NCBI RefSeq assembly: GCF_964188315.1
Contig: NC_135656.1
Span: 123,628,001-123,692,000, forward strand
From: Podarcis muralis
Lineage: Eukaryota
Length of the DNA stretch: 64,000 bases
Direction: 5' to 3'
Part shown: in pieces, positions 13,741 to 26,192 of the stretch
How the letters are laid out: each line of letters starts with the position of its first letter
How positions within the stretch are numbered: the first letter of the stretch is position 1
Made by a program: the position numbers and the translations under genes
The notes under the pieces: generated by a model
The model's input: the letters and a program-made list of their open reading frames with translations, nothing else
Database searches by the model: none
What the model was told of the DNA's origin: nothing

Positions 13741-14563
13741 GTGAATTGATATGCTATCACTCCTCTGTTGGAGGTAGGAAAATAGCATGTAGGAAAAGTT
13801 CTGCTCTCATCTCCAGCTTGTGGGCTTTTCTTTGTGTCACCTGGTTGACCATTGTGAGAACAGGTTGCTGGACTTTGTGGGCCTTTGGCCTGATCCAACA
13901 TCAAGGCTCTTCTGATGTCAATCAGGTTCTGCCAACATCACCTTTACCCTTGGAGATTTGGGACAGCCTATTGAGTAAACATGTTTTCTCCTGCTCTGCA
14001 CCTGCTCCTATCAAGTTTCAAGGGAGATCTTTCTTCCCTTAACAATAATCACAATCACAGTGATCTATTTTTATTCTTTCCTTAGAATGAGTAGCCCCCA
14101 TACCAGCCGTTGAATATTGCCTTTGGGACCAATGAGGTAAATATCATAATTAAGAGCAGCAGGAAGTTTTTTATTCAACTGTGCCTGAAAGGTTAGATGT
14201 ATAAAATATATATTGTGCCAAAAAATCCTGGGGGCCAGATATAGAGCAGGTGAAGTCAGAAGGTACATCTGTGTGATGCTGCCTTCTAGATCAGAAATTT
14301 TGACTGACCGGCTTTCCAGGAAGGGGACATCCTCAGCTTTGCCTGGAACAGGGAGCAGAGATTGCACCCTCTCACCTTCTTGGTGCAAAATAGATGCTCC
14401 ACCACTGTACCATCACCCTATAGCTCTGAGACCAGAACTGGACACCTCCCTCTATTTGTCAATTCACTGCAATCTCTGATTTGCAAGAATTTGGGGCTTA
14501 TTAAGACGAGCAGCTAATGTTTGGTGGAACAGCTATAAGGAAAGTGTAGCAGATAGACCCAGA

Positions 14564-17500
14564 ATGATAACACTCCTCCTGTTGCTGCCTCTAGCAACCA
14601 ACGGGGGGCAGCTGAGGGGAAAATGCCCACTGAATCCAATCAAGGAGCAAATTTTGGCTTCAAATTTTTACCAGCTAGCAGACTACCTCATTAGTGGAGT
14701 CACAGCTCCAAGATACTTTAATATACAATATCCTTTCACCTTTTCCAGCACCCCTGTCAGCAGACTTGACTCGTAAGTTTGATTTATTTCTGCTTCCTAC
14801 CTACTCTCCATTTCCCATGATACACTTGTTTTCTGTCACTCTTTCGCATTTTCATTTTATTTCATTAATTTTTTCAAATAATTCTTTGTGTCTGTTCAGT
14901 TGGAAGGAAGCCATGTTTCAAAGCAATTTATAATGAATTTTAAGTAATTAGTAGTAGTTTTGACATGTACTGCTCTCCAAAGCATGACTTGTTTTCTAAA
15001 GGGTTGGAAGTGTTGTGGGTTGTTTTTGAGTTGCAGGTTTTCTGTAGTAACTGAAATGTAAGCACAATTCTTTTCTCCATGCACAACAAATTCTGTGCTA
15101 CTGCAAATTGTAAATGTCTGCTGTGCTTAGTCACTTGCAATGCAGCCTGGGGGTCAATTTGGCTCAAGGGAGTTTTGGTAAGTCATCAGAAATGAGGCTG
15201 ATTTGTGTTCTGGTCTTTCCTCCACCCTCCTCCCTTGCAAAAAAATACCCCGACAGGCCAACCGTAGAAGTAAAACGATTAAAAACTTCTAACAGGGGTA
15301 AAATAATTTAAAAGTCTAATAAAAACAGCTATAAAAACGGCTGTAAAAGGCCATAAAAGGCTATAAAAGGTTTATAATCCGGAGGGTTCACAAAGGAGAA
15401 GTTGTTACAGCCACCATCTTGGATCTTCCAACACCTGACCAGCCTGCAAAAAAAAAATAAAATAAAATAAAATAAAATACTGCTGACACAGGTGCAGGTA
15501 GACCTCTGTCTCACTTTGCTCTACTTCCTCGACTCTTTTCCTAGTTGCTTTGATTAATACAAAATAATAATAATGTGACTTTCATTTCACTGATTAACTT
15601 TGCGGCACACTTATTTCACAGCTTTGTGGATCGGAAGAACTCACACATTATTTCCTTCTCCCTTGCTGTTCGGGATATTAATCATAACCCTAGTCTCTTA
15701 CCCAACATCTCCCTGGGCTACAGCATCTATGATACCTATTCTAAGGGAAGACTGACTTCTGACTCCATGACAGACCTGCTTGCTGGTGGGAAAATCAATA
15801 TTCCAAACTACAGCTGTGGGAAACAGAAAAGGCTGCTAGCTGTTCTTGAAAAGAGTGAATTTGACATCTCCACACACATTGCAAGCATATTGGGCATCTA
15901 CAAGATCCCACAGGTAATCAATGGGTCCAAGTGAAACACACCTGGCAATATTAGCCACCTGGTTGTTGTTGTTGGCATCTGTCTGTCTTGAAAGACGATG
16001 GCGTGAGCCTCTGGGACGAAGTCAAACCACTGTGTTAGCACTATCAAAGTGATGTCCACAGTGCACAAGCCTAGGCAGTCGGTACGGAGGTCCTGGGCTG
16101 CCCAGATGACAAGACCTCCCTCTCAGCCTCACTGCTGTGGTCCAAAGGAAAGCAGAGCAATACATTTGGCATAAGCTTGGCTGCAGGAGTTGCTGGAAGG
16201 AGGCCAACAAAGCACCACTCAGCTGACTTAGGATTTGTGCAGGGTTTACTCTTTAGCCTTTTCTTATCCCAGATGTTGGAGGGTATGAAGGGTGATGGAA
16301 CTCCCTTGCAGTTGAGGACAGGCCCCTTTCCTCCTTTCTTTCTAGGGCCTACTCAACATTTTTCTTTCAGCAGACATTTTAATTAAATTTAGGTACAGTG
16401 CTTTACCTTCTTGATTTTTTTTTAAAAAAACTTTCTTAACTGTATAGAGAATTTTGCCATAAATCGGTATAAGAATTGCTTAATATTTTTAAAAACAATA
16501 TTGTCCCGTCCCCCCAGTTCATTTTATTGGTTTCTGGTTTCTTTAGACATACATTCATCATATCACATTGTAGCAACTTGATTTTGCGGTAATTAAACAT
16601 ATATTTTAAAAATCTAATAAAAGAAAAAAAATCACTAAAATACATACTTGTTTATTTGATTCATTTGTAATCCATTTGTATTTGACTTCCTTCCCCTTCT
16701 TCCTTGGGTCCTCAGTTTTACTTAATTGACTGCCCCTCCTAATACAGCCATTTATCCAGTCAACTAGTTCCTTTTTTGTTTTGTTTTTATTATTATTTTG
16801 TTTTTGTTTTTCCTTACAGGAGTTATTCTAAACCGGTCAAAAATTTTAATTCTCCATAATAGTCTTTCAAATATTGTTTGAATATATTCCAATCATTTTT
16901 AAATTTTTGTATTGTTTGATCTCTTATCTGACCTGTCAGCCTGTCCAATTCCGCATCTTCTAGATTAAAAGTTTCTATTAACTGGGGGGAAAGATTGAGG
17001 TAGTCTTCCTGTTTTGTTATCTACACTTCTCTGTGTTCTATCATGTTTGAGAGAAACAACTCAATTCAAATCTCTTTTTCTTTTTATTTCAGTTTCTTCT
17101 GAATTGCATTCTGTTGAATGAAAAACCCTCTCATAAATGCTTTCCCTGTCTCCAAAACAATCTTAATATCAGTTCCCTTGTTAAATTATATTTGAAAAAT
17201 TCTTCTAAAGCTTTATTGGCTTTTTGAATTGTTCCTTCATCATTGAAAAATGCTTCATTTATCCTCCATCTTCTCTGCCCTCTTTCTTTCCCCTTCATTA
17301 ATAGGGACACTGAATTGTGATCTGATAGGGACTTTGGAGCAATTCAATTTTTTTCATGCAAAATGTTAATTCATTTGAGGTCCACATTCCATCTGGCCTG
17401 CTGGCAGTACTGGTTTGGCTTGGAGTGGTACATGAATTCCGTTACCCTTGGGTGTTTGAACTTCCAAGCGTCCTCTTCCTCCTCCCCTGTTCTCTTTTGA

Positions 17501-20500
17501 TTCCCAAATGCTTCCTGTAACTTCTAGCAAATCTTTCCGCTTTCTCCACCACCTTAAGCCTTTGGTCAGAAATTTATAATTCTGCCTTTTTTAAAGCAAC
17601 CTCTCTGGGACTTGTCTCAGAATAATTATATTTTTCTTGTCTATGCGGAGCCTTTTTTGTAGTTTGTTTGGAGGACCCAATCTCTTAGAGCTACAGAATT
17701 TAGACATACCAAACAATCATCTGGCCACTTGTTTGCCTTTGCTATGTTGGAGGTGACTCTGATAGCTTTATCAATCATACTATGCTATGTCCTCTTCCTG
17801 AAGCTCCAACCACTGTGCAATTTCTTTTATCAGACTCTCAGTAATGTTCTCATTCTGCTCTTCCTCTATCCCTCTAAAATGTAGAGTCATCTGCCTTTGT
17901 TGGAGTTTCAGAATAGCTTTTGAATCTAGGGTTGCTTCCTGAACCTCTCTCAATTCTCCATCTTCTTCTTTAAATTTATCTTGAAACTTCTTCCTCCCAA
18001 ATTAGTAACTGGAATGCAAGCCCCTCCACATTACCTCCACAGAAATAAAGTACAACATACACTCTCAGAGTCCTTTTAAGTCCACCTTAGGTTGCTCATG
18101 TCAACCTTTAGTCCTCTTCAACCTCTTGGATGGTCTAATCCAAATAGCCATCATCTTATTTTCCCCCTTTCGCCACTCCTCTCTCAGTCACTACTTTTCC
18201 ACTCAGTTCTTTGCCCTTCACTTCAAACCTCTCTTACAGTTTGTTGTCTTCTTGCCAAACTGTTTTCCTCTTCGTTTTCCTCTCCCACACTTTTGCTCTC
18301 ACAGTCCTCCCTTTGGCATCTTGTCTTCTGTTGTCTGCTTTTTCCTTGCCAATTGTTTCCAGCCCTTCTGGCTCTCCCTGTTTTCCCTAATGTGGGTCAA
18401 GCTGAGCCTGCTTTGATATGTTGAATCACTTTCTTGCTTCACCTTTTCTTTCCTCCCCCTGTGGACATTGTTTCGGTTGTATTCTGTTGTATTGTCTCTA
18501 GTACGGCCGCTGTCTTATACACTTTCACTTTAACTGTTCCTCCAGGGTTTTTTTTCCCCCCTGTCTTTCACTTTTGACATGTTCTTTAACCTCAGCTTTC
18601 ATTTCCTTTCATTTATCCTCTATCTATAGTCCAGGCAGAGTACGTTTTACCAAGTAATAGAGGGCTTCCTTTTTACCCCCTTTCTTGATGCCAAATATAT
18701 TTGTTCAGTTGTAGTTTCTTTTGTAAGGTTCCCTTTTTCGCTCTATTACAGTATGGGGATATGGAAATTTACCGCTTAAAATAATATTGTTTTATTTCCA
18801 AGAAAACATTGAGGTTTCCACTGAATCTATCATATTTCACATAGAAGTATCCAGTCTTAATCCTGAAACAAAAGCCATCAATCTCTTTCTCTTTTTTTAC
18901 CAGCTCAGTTATGGCTTTGTTCTTTCTGATAAATTCCAGTCCCCTTTTGTCTACCAAATGGCCCCAAACCAAGAAACTCAGTACCAGGGGATGGTCCAAC
19001 TACTCCTGCATTTCAGGTGGACATGGGTGGGCCTCTTTGCTCCCAACAATGACAATGGAGAAAGGTTCCTGAGTACCTTGACACCTCTAATGAATAAAAG
19101 GGAAATTTGTTTTGCCTTCACACAAAGAGTACAACGAGAAACTTGGCTATGGATACCCCATGAACCACCTGCCCTGTGGAGACAAGTCAATGTATTTGTT
19201 TACTTTGCAGACTCTCAAAATGGACTTTACATAATCATAGAGGTACAGTCCTTACTTGAAAGGATACAAACTGGGGGGAAAGTCTGGATAACCACAGTTC
19301 TTCAGAACAAAATTTTGTTACGTGATATTGACTGCCTTAAGTATACCCATGGCTCTTTGTCCTTTGTAATGAAGACCAAAAAAAGTATGAAAAAGGACTA
19401 CTATGAGCCAATGTCCTTGACTAGTCAACGGTATTCAGAAGAAGCATTTGATTGTTCTTATTCCAAGCATGCCTTGTCTGTGAGGGGTATGACCAAATGC
19501 AGAGAGAAGGATAATGTGAAGATGCTGCCCCAGGAAGAAATTGAAAGAATCCTGTCCCAAGACAGCTATGTGAATTACTTGAGTATCCAAACTGTGGCTC
19601 AAGCTTTAAATGTTGCATATTCATCCAGGTCAAAGAGGATGTTGATTGTGGGTGGAGGCAGCTTGGATCTTCAAAAGCTACAGCCATGGCAGGTAAGTCC
19701 TTTTCCTCTTGCAAACTGAAATTTGTTGTCGTCCCACCCCACCTCTGGGATCACCAAGATATGGTCATCGGAAATAGTCTTGCACCAAGTCAGACCACTG
19801 ACTGGCCATTGACATTGTTTTCACCTGCTGGTAGAAATCTATCAGAGTTTCTCCTATCTAGGTTCACAAGGGAAGGGAATTCTACATGAGTTAGAGGTGG
19901 AGCACAACAGAATTGGCCCATCACTATACGGGAGGTCAAGCTCACAGATTCAGTGCTATATTTCTGCAGACAGCAGTATCATCCAGTAATTTGCAGGAAA
20001 CAATTCACAGACTGACTTCAAAGTCAGCAAAATATAGAGAAAGATGTGGAGCTCATCGGATCAATGCTCTGATTCAACACTTCTTAGCACCCACCTACAC
20101 TGTATCATTTGGGAATCCACAAAAGGTCTAAACATGTAGAATCTAAATCTAATATAAATATTGGGGATGACTTTTTACAAAATGTAATAAACACACTAGG
20201 ACTAGACATTGCCACATTAGACTATCATTAGTCAGGAATACTCTTGCAAGCATTTATCTTCCAATTAAAACCCCAAAATGCTGAAGAAGATTGAGGGTGT
20301 CTAATAATCTAGCATGGTTAGATGATTTCAGGTGAGAGATACAGTGGTTCTTATTTAGAGAAGATTAGGATGCAGAGGGAACATGAAACCATGTTTATAA
20401 TTCAGCCTGCTTACTCATTGCTGGATTTTCCTCTGTCATTCTAGCTTCATCATTTCTTGAAAGAAGTCCAGTTCTACTCTAATACCTCAGCTGATGGACA

Positions 20501-23500
20501 GTACTTGGATGAGAATGGGGCACTGGCCGTTGACTTCGATATTGAGAATTGGGTGCTGTTTCCTAATAACTCTCATGATAGAATGAAAATTGGGAGAATA
20601 GAGAGACTAAAGTCCTCAAATCTGAAGTTCACCATTAACCCAGAAGCAATTGTATGGCCCAAGTTATTCAAGAATGTAGGAAAGCTTGGATCTGTCATTT
20701 TATTAACTATGATATCTGCTATGCTCTAATAACATTTTGAATAGTACATATGAGGCTTTGTCTGCAATCTTGTGGATACTTTCTTGAAGCTAAGTTCCAC
20801 TTTTAATGGACCCTGCTCTTGAGTAAACATGTATAAAATTTCAAAGTAAATAAGAGAAATTCCAAACCAGAGCAGAACACATTTCCCCAACTTGGTGACC
20901 TCCAAATATTGTGGACTACATCTCCCATGCACGCCAGCCAGCATTGTGCAAAGATATCTGGGGGACACCAGGTTGGGTAAGGCTAGAGTATAGTAAGGTA
21001 TTCCACATTTGTTTCAGCATAGAGACATGGCACACAAGCAAACTGGGCACTAAATTCTGCACTGGGTGCAGACTTTGGAAGCAACACCAGTGTCTCCATT
21101 GGCAGATGTGATGACAACAGAGGGAGGATTTTTATTGCTGTTCATATGATGGTTTATGCCATGCTCCAGTTTGTTGTTAACTGTCAGATATCAATGTCAA
21201 GGCGGTGGGGGTGGGGAAGTAGAAGCACCGAAAATGTTTCCCTGCCTCGCACCTCTGCGAAAAACAAACAAAAATGTAACTGCCCCAAAATAGGGCCTGG
21301 GGTTGCTTGAGGTTATCGGAAGCAAATATCTCCTCTCCGGGATCCTTCCAAAATTCTATTATCTGTGTCCAAAGGCATAAATGCGCCTATCACTTTCTCC
21401 TTAATGCTCAGTTTTCTCTTCATGCCTAGATGGTGCCTCGTTCAAGATGCACAGAAAGCTGTCTCCCTGGATATTCCAGAAAAGTTCAGGAAGGGAAGCC
21501 GCCCTGCTGCTATGATTGTTCTCCCTGCTCAGAAGGGACCATCTCCACTCAGGAAGGTAGGAGAGGAACTCAGAGAAAATGGCCTTTGATGGGAGGATGG
21601 GGCAAATATTTGAGTCGGTCCAACCAAGATGTTAGTAATGGCCAGCTCTTTTTTTCAGCTGGAACTCGTCAGTACTCTGTTCCGTCATCTGTCAGTTGGG
21701 CACCATTGCCATTCTAAGAGAACACTGGAGGCATTCATTTATGTTTTTAAAAATTTTAAATTCATTTTCCATAAAGTTGTACACAATAAACATAGCCATT
21801 TAAAAAACAAAAAAAACAAAAAGAGGTTCTTCCGAATCTTCAGACCTGCTTGCCTACCTCCATGGATTCCATTTCTAAAGGTTTTATTCCTGCATCTTTT
21901 ACCGTTATCCATCTTTTATATAACCACGGTAACTAAAGTTCATTTTCCTTTTAAGTGCCAAGTGAGGATTCCCAGGTAAGATCCTCCCTCTATTGTGTGG
22001 GCAGGTAATCCCTCCCCTACCTGGCCTGGTCTCCTTGGCAACACTTCCCCCAGGTGGGATTGGACAACTGACTGAGGTAGGCGGAGACCTCCAGGTATCC
22101 CACCTGAGGGAAGGCAAAGCCAAGCCTATGCTGTTGGAGCCGCTCCAGATCTAGGGGCTGCACGCGTCCACGCAAAGGGCGCCCCCCGTTTTACGCAGGG
22201 AGCGGTCATTCCTGCCAATGATTTTAACTGTCTACAGTTATCTTTCAGCTGTATTAAAAGGTTATTCCAGTCTTTTAAAAATACTTGGTCTTCCTGGTTT
22301 CTGATCTTTTCCGTCAGTCTTGCCATTTCTGCATATTCCATCAGCTTGGGCTGCCATCTTCTCTGGTTGGTCCTTCTTCTCCTTTCCATATCTGGGCAAG
22401 TAGCATCCTTGCTGCTATCGTTGCATACATAAATGATATTTTATTTTCCTTTGGTAGTTCCTAACCTGTTATAACTTCCAAAAAAAGCCTCTGGTTTTTT
22501 AACAAAAGTTTTCTTAAACATTTTCTTTAACTCATTGCATTTCATTTCCCATAAAGCTTTTACCACCCCACAGGACAAACCACATACGATAAAAAGTACC
22601 CTCTTTCCTTTTACATTTCTAGCACAGATTCGAGCTGGTTCTATACATTTTTGCAGGTTTAATGGGTGTCAAATACCAATGGTACATCATTTTCATGTAA
22701 TTTTCTTTCAACAAACAGCAAGCTGTAAACTTTGAATCCTCTTTCCATAACTTTTCTTAGGATGAAAACTGTATGTTATAACCAAAATCCCTTGCCCAGT
22801 GAATCATTACTGGTTTAACTTCTTCATCTTTAGTAAACCATTCTAAGAGTAATTTGTACATTTTTGAAAGTAATTTCACATTATTTTCCAACAGATATTT
22901 TTCAAACCTTGACATCTCTGTATCAAAACCCCTTTTTGAAGACATCATTTAATTGATGATACTGTAACCAATCTGTTAATAGCTCTCTAATGTCTTCAAA
23001 CTTTTACAGTTTTAATTGATCTGCTACTTAGCAATTCTTTATAAATTGCCCAATCACCTCTCATATTAATTTTTTAACCAATATGGCTTCTAGCGGGGAG
23101 AGCCACCAGGGTATCCTCCACTCTAGTAAATTTTTATATCTCTCCCAAACCTTGCAGATTGATTTTCTTATCAAGTAGTTCAGGAATCCCATATGTACTT
23201 TGGTTTTAAATATGCATGTCACCCGTACCTGTTATAATGACCTTCTAAGTCTAATATATCAGTATTTTTAACAGTATCCATTCCCGAAACCAGCATAGGA
23301 AGGACGCTTCATAGCATAACTTTGAGTCTGGCAAGGAGAAACTACCTCTTTCTTTGGAGTCTACCAACAGTTTATATTTTATCCTTGGTTTTGCCCCCTG
23401 CCAGATAAATTTAGATATCACTTTTTGTCATTCCTTAAAGTGCCTTGCACCACCGATCATGGGTAATGATTGAAGCAAAAATAACATTCTTGGTCCTGCC

Positions 23501-24802
23501 ATGGGGTCAGTCAGCACTAGGGCTAGAGAGACCACCTGACTATTTCTGAGAGGTCCCAGAAGTTCAGGAATGGAGGCAGTGCCACACAATAATACTCCTC
23601 CGAGTTCCTCGGAGGAATCATAGAATTTTAATGCAATACGTGATTTTACAAATTATAATTCTAGCTTAACACATTTGCTTCTCAATATTTCAATATTACA
23701 AGAAGGGCCTTTATAGTGAGTCAAACTATTGATCCATTTAAACCATGGTTGTTTAATCCAGGGGTCCAGACTTTTTTCTGGTCTTTGCACTAGATCTTAA
23801 TCTCCCAGGTGAAAAAAGCAGGTGGGTGCTGCAACAGTGGTGTCAACAAATTTGAGGTGTGTGTCTGATGTTAGGATACTGAAGGGTGTTTTCCTCTCTG
23901 CAGATGCTGATGATTGCACCAAATGTCCAGAAGATCAGCATCCAAATGAGGACCAAGATCAATGTATCCCCAAAATATTTACCTTCCTGTCCTATGAAGA
24001 ATGTTTGGGTAGCCTCCTGGCTTCCCTTGCCCTCCTCTTATCCTTAACCACAGGCTTTGTCTTAGGAATCTTCATCAAATACAAGGAAACACCAATAGTC
24101 AAAGCCAACAACAGGGACCTCTCCTACATCCTCCTCATGTCTCTACTGCTCTCCTTTTTGTCCTCCTTCCTCTTCATTGGGAGGCCAAGGAAAGTGACCT
24201 GCCTTCTCCGACAAACAGCCTTCTGCATCATCTTTTCCGTTGCTGTCTCTTCTGTCTTGGCAAAAACCATCACTGTGGTCCTGGCCTTCCTGGCCACTAA
24301 GCCAGGGAACAAGGTGAGGAGATGGCTGGGGAAGAGTTTGGCCCACTCCATTGTCTTTTCCTGCTCCAGTGTCCAACTTCTCATCTGCACCATCTGGCTG
24401 GAGATCTCTCCTCCATTCCCAGACTTTGACCTCAGCTCTCAGCTTGGAGAGATCATTGTCCAATGCAACGAAGGTTCTACTGCCATGTTTTACAGTTCTC
24501 TTGGCTACATGGGCTTCCTGGCTGCCATCTGCTTCACAGTGGCTTTCTTAGCAAGGAATCTGCCTGGGGCCTTCAATGAGGCCAAGCTGATCACCTTCAG
24601 CATGCTGGTCTTCTGCAGTGTTTGGGTGTCCTTTGTGCCCACTTACCTGAGCACAAAGGGAAAATTCATGGTAGCTGTGCAGATCTTCTCTATCTTGGCC
24701 TCAAGTGCTGGGCTTCTGGGCTGCATCTTTGTTCCCAAATGCCACATTATTATACTGAGGCCTGATTTGAACACAAAGGAGCACCTGACAACAAAAAACT
24801 AA
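14564..24802 (+). CDS. V2R copy 2, intact 6-exon gene, 848 aa
   Basis: Exons 14564-14772, 15622-15913, 18904-19692, 20445-20675, 21430-21556, 23904-24802 (209+292+789+231+127+899 = 2547 nt). Signal peptide [11 protein letters not shown], canonical splice sites, no stops. Confidence 0.95.
16505..18775 (-). mobile_element. Degenerate L1-clade element(s): ORF1 remnants, end of endonuclease, 3' end; no RT
   Basis: Minus strand shows coiled-coil/RRM-like ORF1 remnants ([14 protein letters not shown]), then SDHN...RWRINEAFF, then C-terminal/3'UTR sequence. Ends approximate. Confidence 0.65.
21740..23470 (-). mobile_element. 5'-truncated L1-clade LINE 3' portion (with a small unrelated insert ~21960-22210)
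   Basis: Post-RT and C-terminal ORF2 remnants ([31 protein letters not shown]) and T-rich 3' end. Confidence 0.75.
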
Positions 24803-25046
24803 ACAAAACAAAAAACTAAACATGACATTTGATCCTTAGCTCTATGATAAAATTGTACAGCTAGAAGTCCCAGCCAGAATTTCAACTAGATTTCAACTAC
24901 TCCTTACCCATAGCAGGAGTTCAAAATATGCTTAAGAAGTTGCAAACTGAATTGCTAAAGTACAAAATGAACTTAGCTATATTAGAAGAAAAATGATAAT
25001 AAACTGGCTACATAAGGGATATCAGTAAAGATCTTAAAGGAATCTG

Positions 25047-25050
25047 ATAC

Positions 25051-25086
<36 letters not shown>

Positions 25087-25105
25087 CACCACCACCACCA
25101 CTACA
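25047..25105 (+). repeat. Compound (TAC)n(CAC)n microsatellite
   Basis: Direct tandem runs. Confidence 0.9.
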
Positions 25106-26192
25106 ATTACAACTATTTTATTTATTTCTCCAGCGACTCTGGGCATCTTACAGCACATATTGAGACTTAATAAAGATCAAACATTAAACTTCCTGATAGA
25201 GTTGCTTCTGGTGTCTTCTAAAAGTTAATTAGTTCTTTATCTCCTTGACATCTGAGGGGGGAGGGTGTTCCACAGGGAGGGTGCAACAACCAAGAAAGCC
25301 ATCTACCTTCTTCTCTGTAACTCTTGCTTCTTGCAATGAGGGACCCAGCAGAAGGCTCTCCAAGGAGGACTTCAGTGTCCAGGTGTTGTGTTGGGGGGGG
25401 GGAGACACTCCTTCAGGTATACAGGGCTAAGGCTGTCAAAGGCTTTCAAGGTCAGCACCAAAACTTTGAATCGTGCTCAGAAATGTACTGGGAGCCAGTG
25501 AAGACCCTTTGGGACCAATGGTACATTGTCTTGGTGGCCACTCCCAGGCACCAGTCTAGCTGCCGCATTGTGGATTAGTTGTAGTCACTGAATCTCCTTC
25601 AAGGGTAACTCCATGTAAAGCACATTGTAGTAGTCCAAGCGGGAAATCACCAGGGCCTGCACCACTCTGGGGAAATAGTCTGCAGGAAGGTAGGATCTCA
25701 GCCAGTATCTAAAAAAAATTATACACATTTACAAAAAGTTTATGAGAAGAGAGATGGTTTGGGCAAATGACTCTTGATGAGAATCAAAAATGCAAGGCTA
25801 GAAGAAACTAAGAACATGGAAGGATATGACTGAAGTTTTGGTTTTGGACTGGACATGGACATTGTTTTTAGATGGTCAGAAAGGAGATGAGTGGTCTCAG
25901 GAAAATTAAAGTTGTCAGACTCAGACATAAAGAGAACTTGGGTAAAGTTTTGTGTCAGCTACAGAATATCGGTATGCATGTGATAATGGCCTCATGTAGG
26001 CATTTTCTCGTTTCTATGCCAAATATTTAATATCACATATGATGCTTTATAAAGGCAATTTGAAAGTATAGAAACTGTTTTGAAGAAGAAGAAGAAGAAG
26101 AGTAGAGAAATCAGTGTAGAGAAATCGAAGGGGGTTAGGAGTGTAATTTTATGTGACTACAATATAAATACATATTCTGGTGCTAAAAATTA

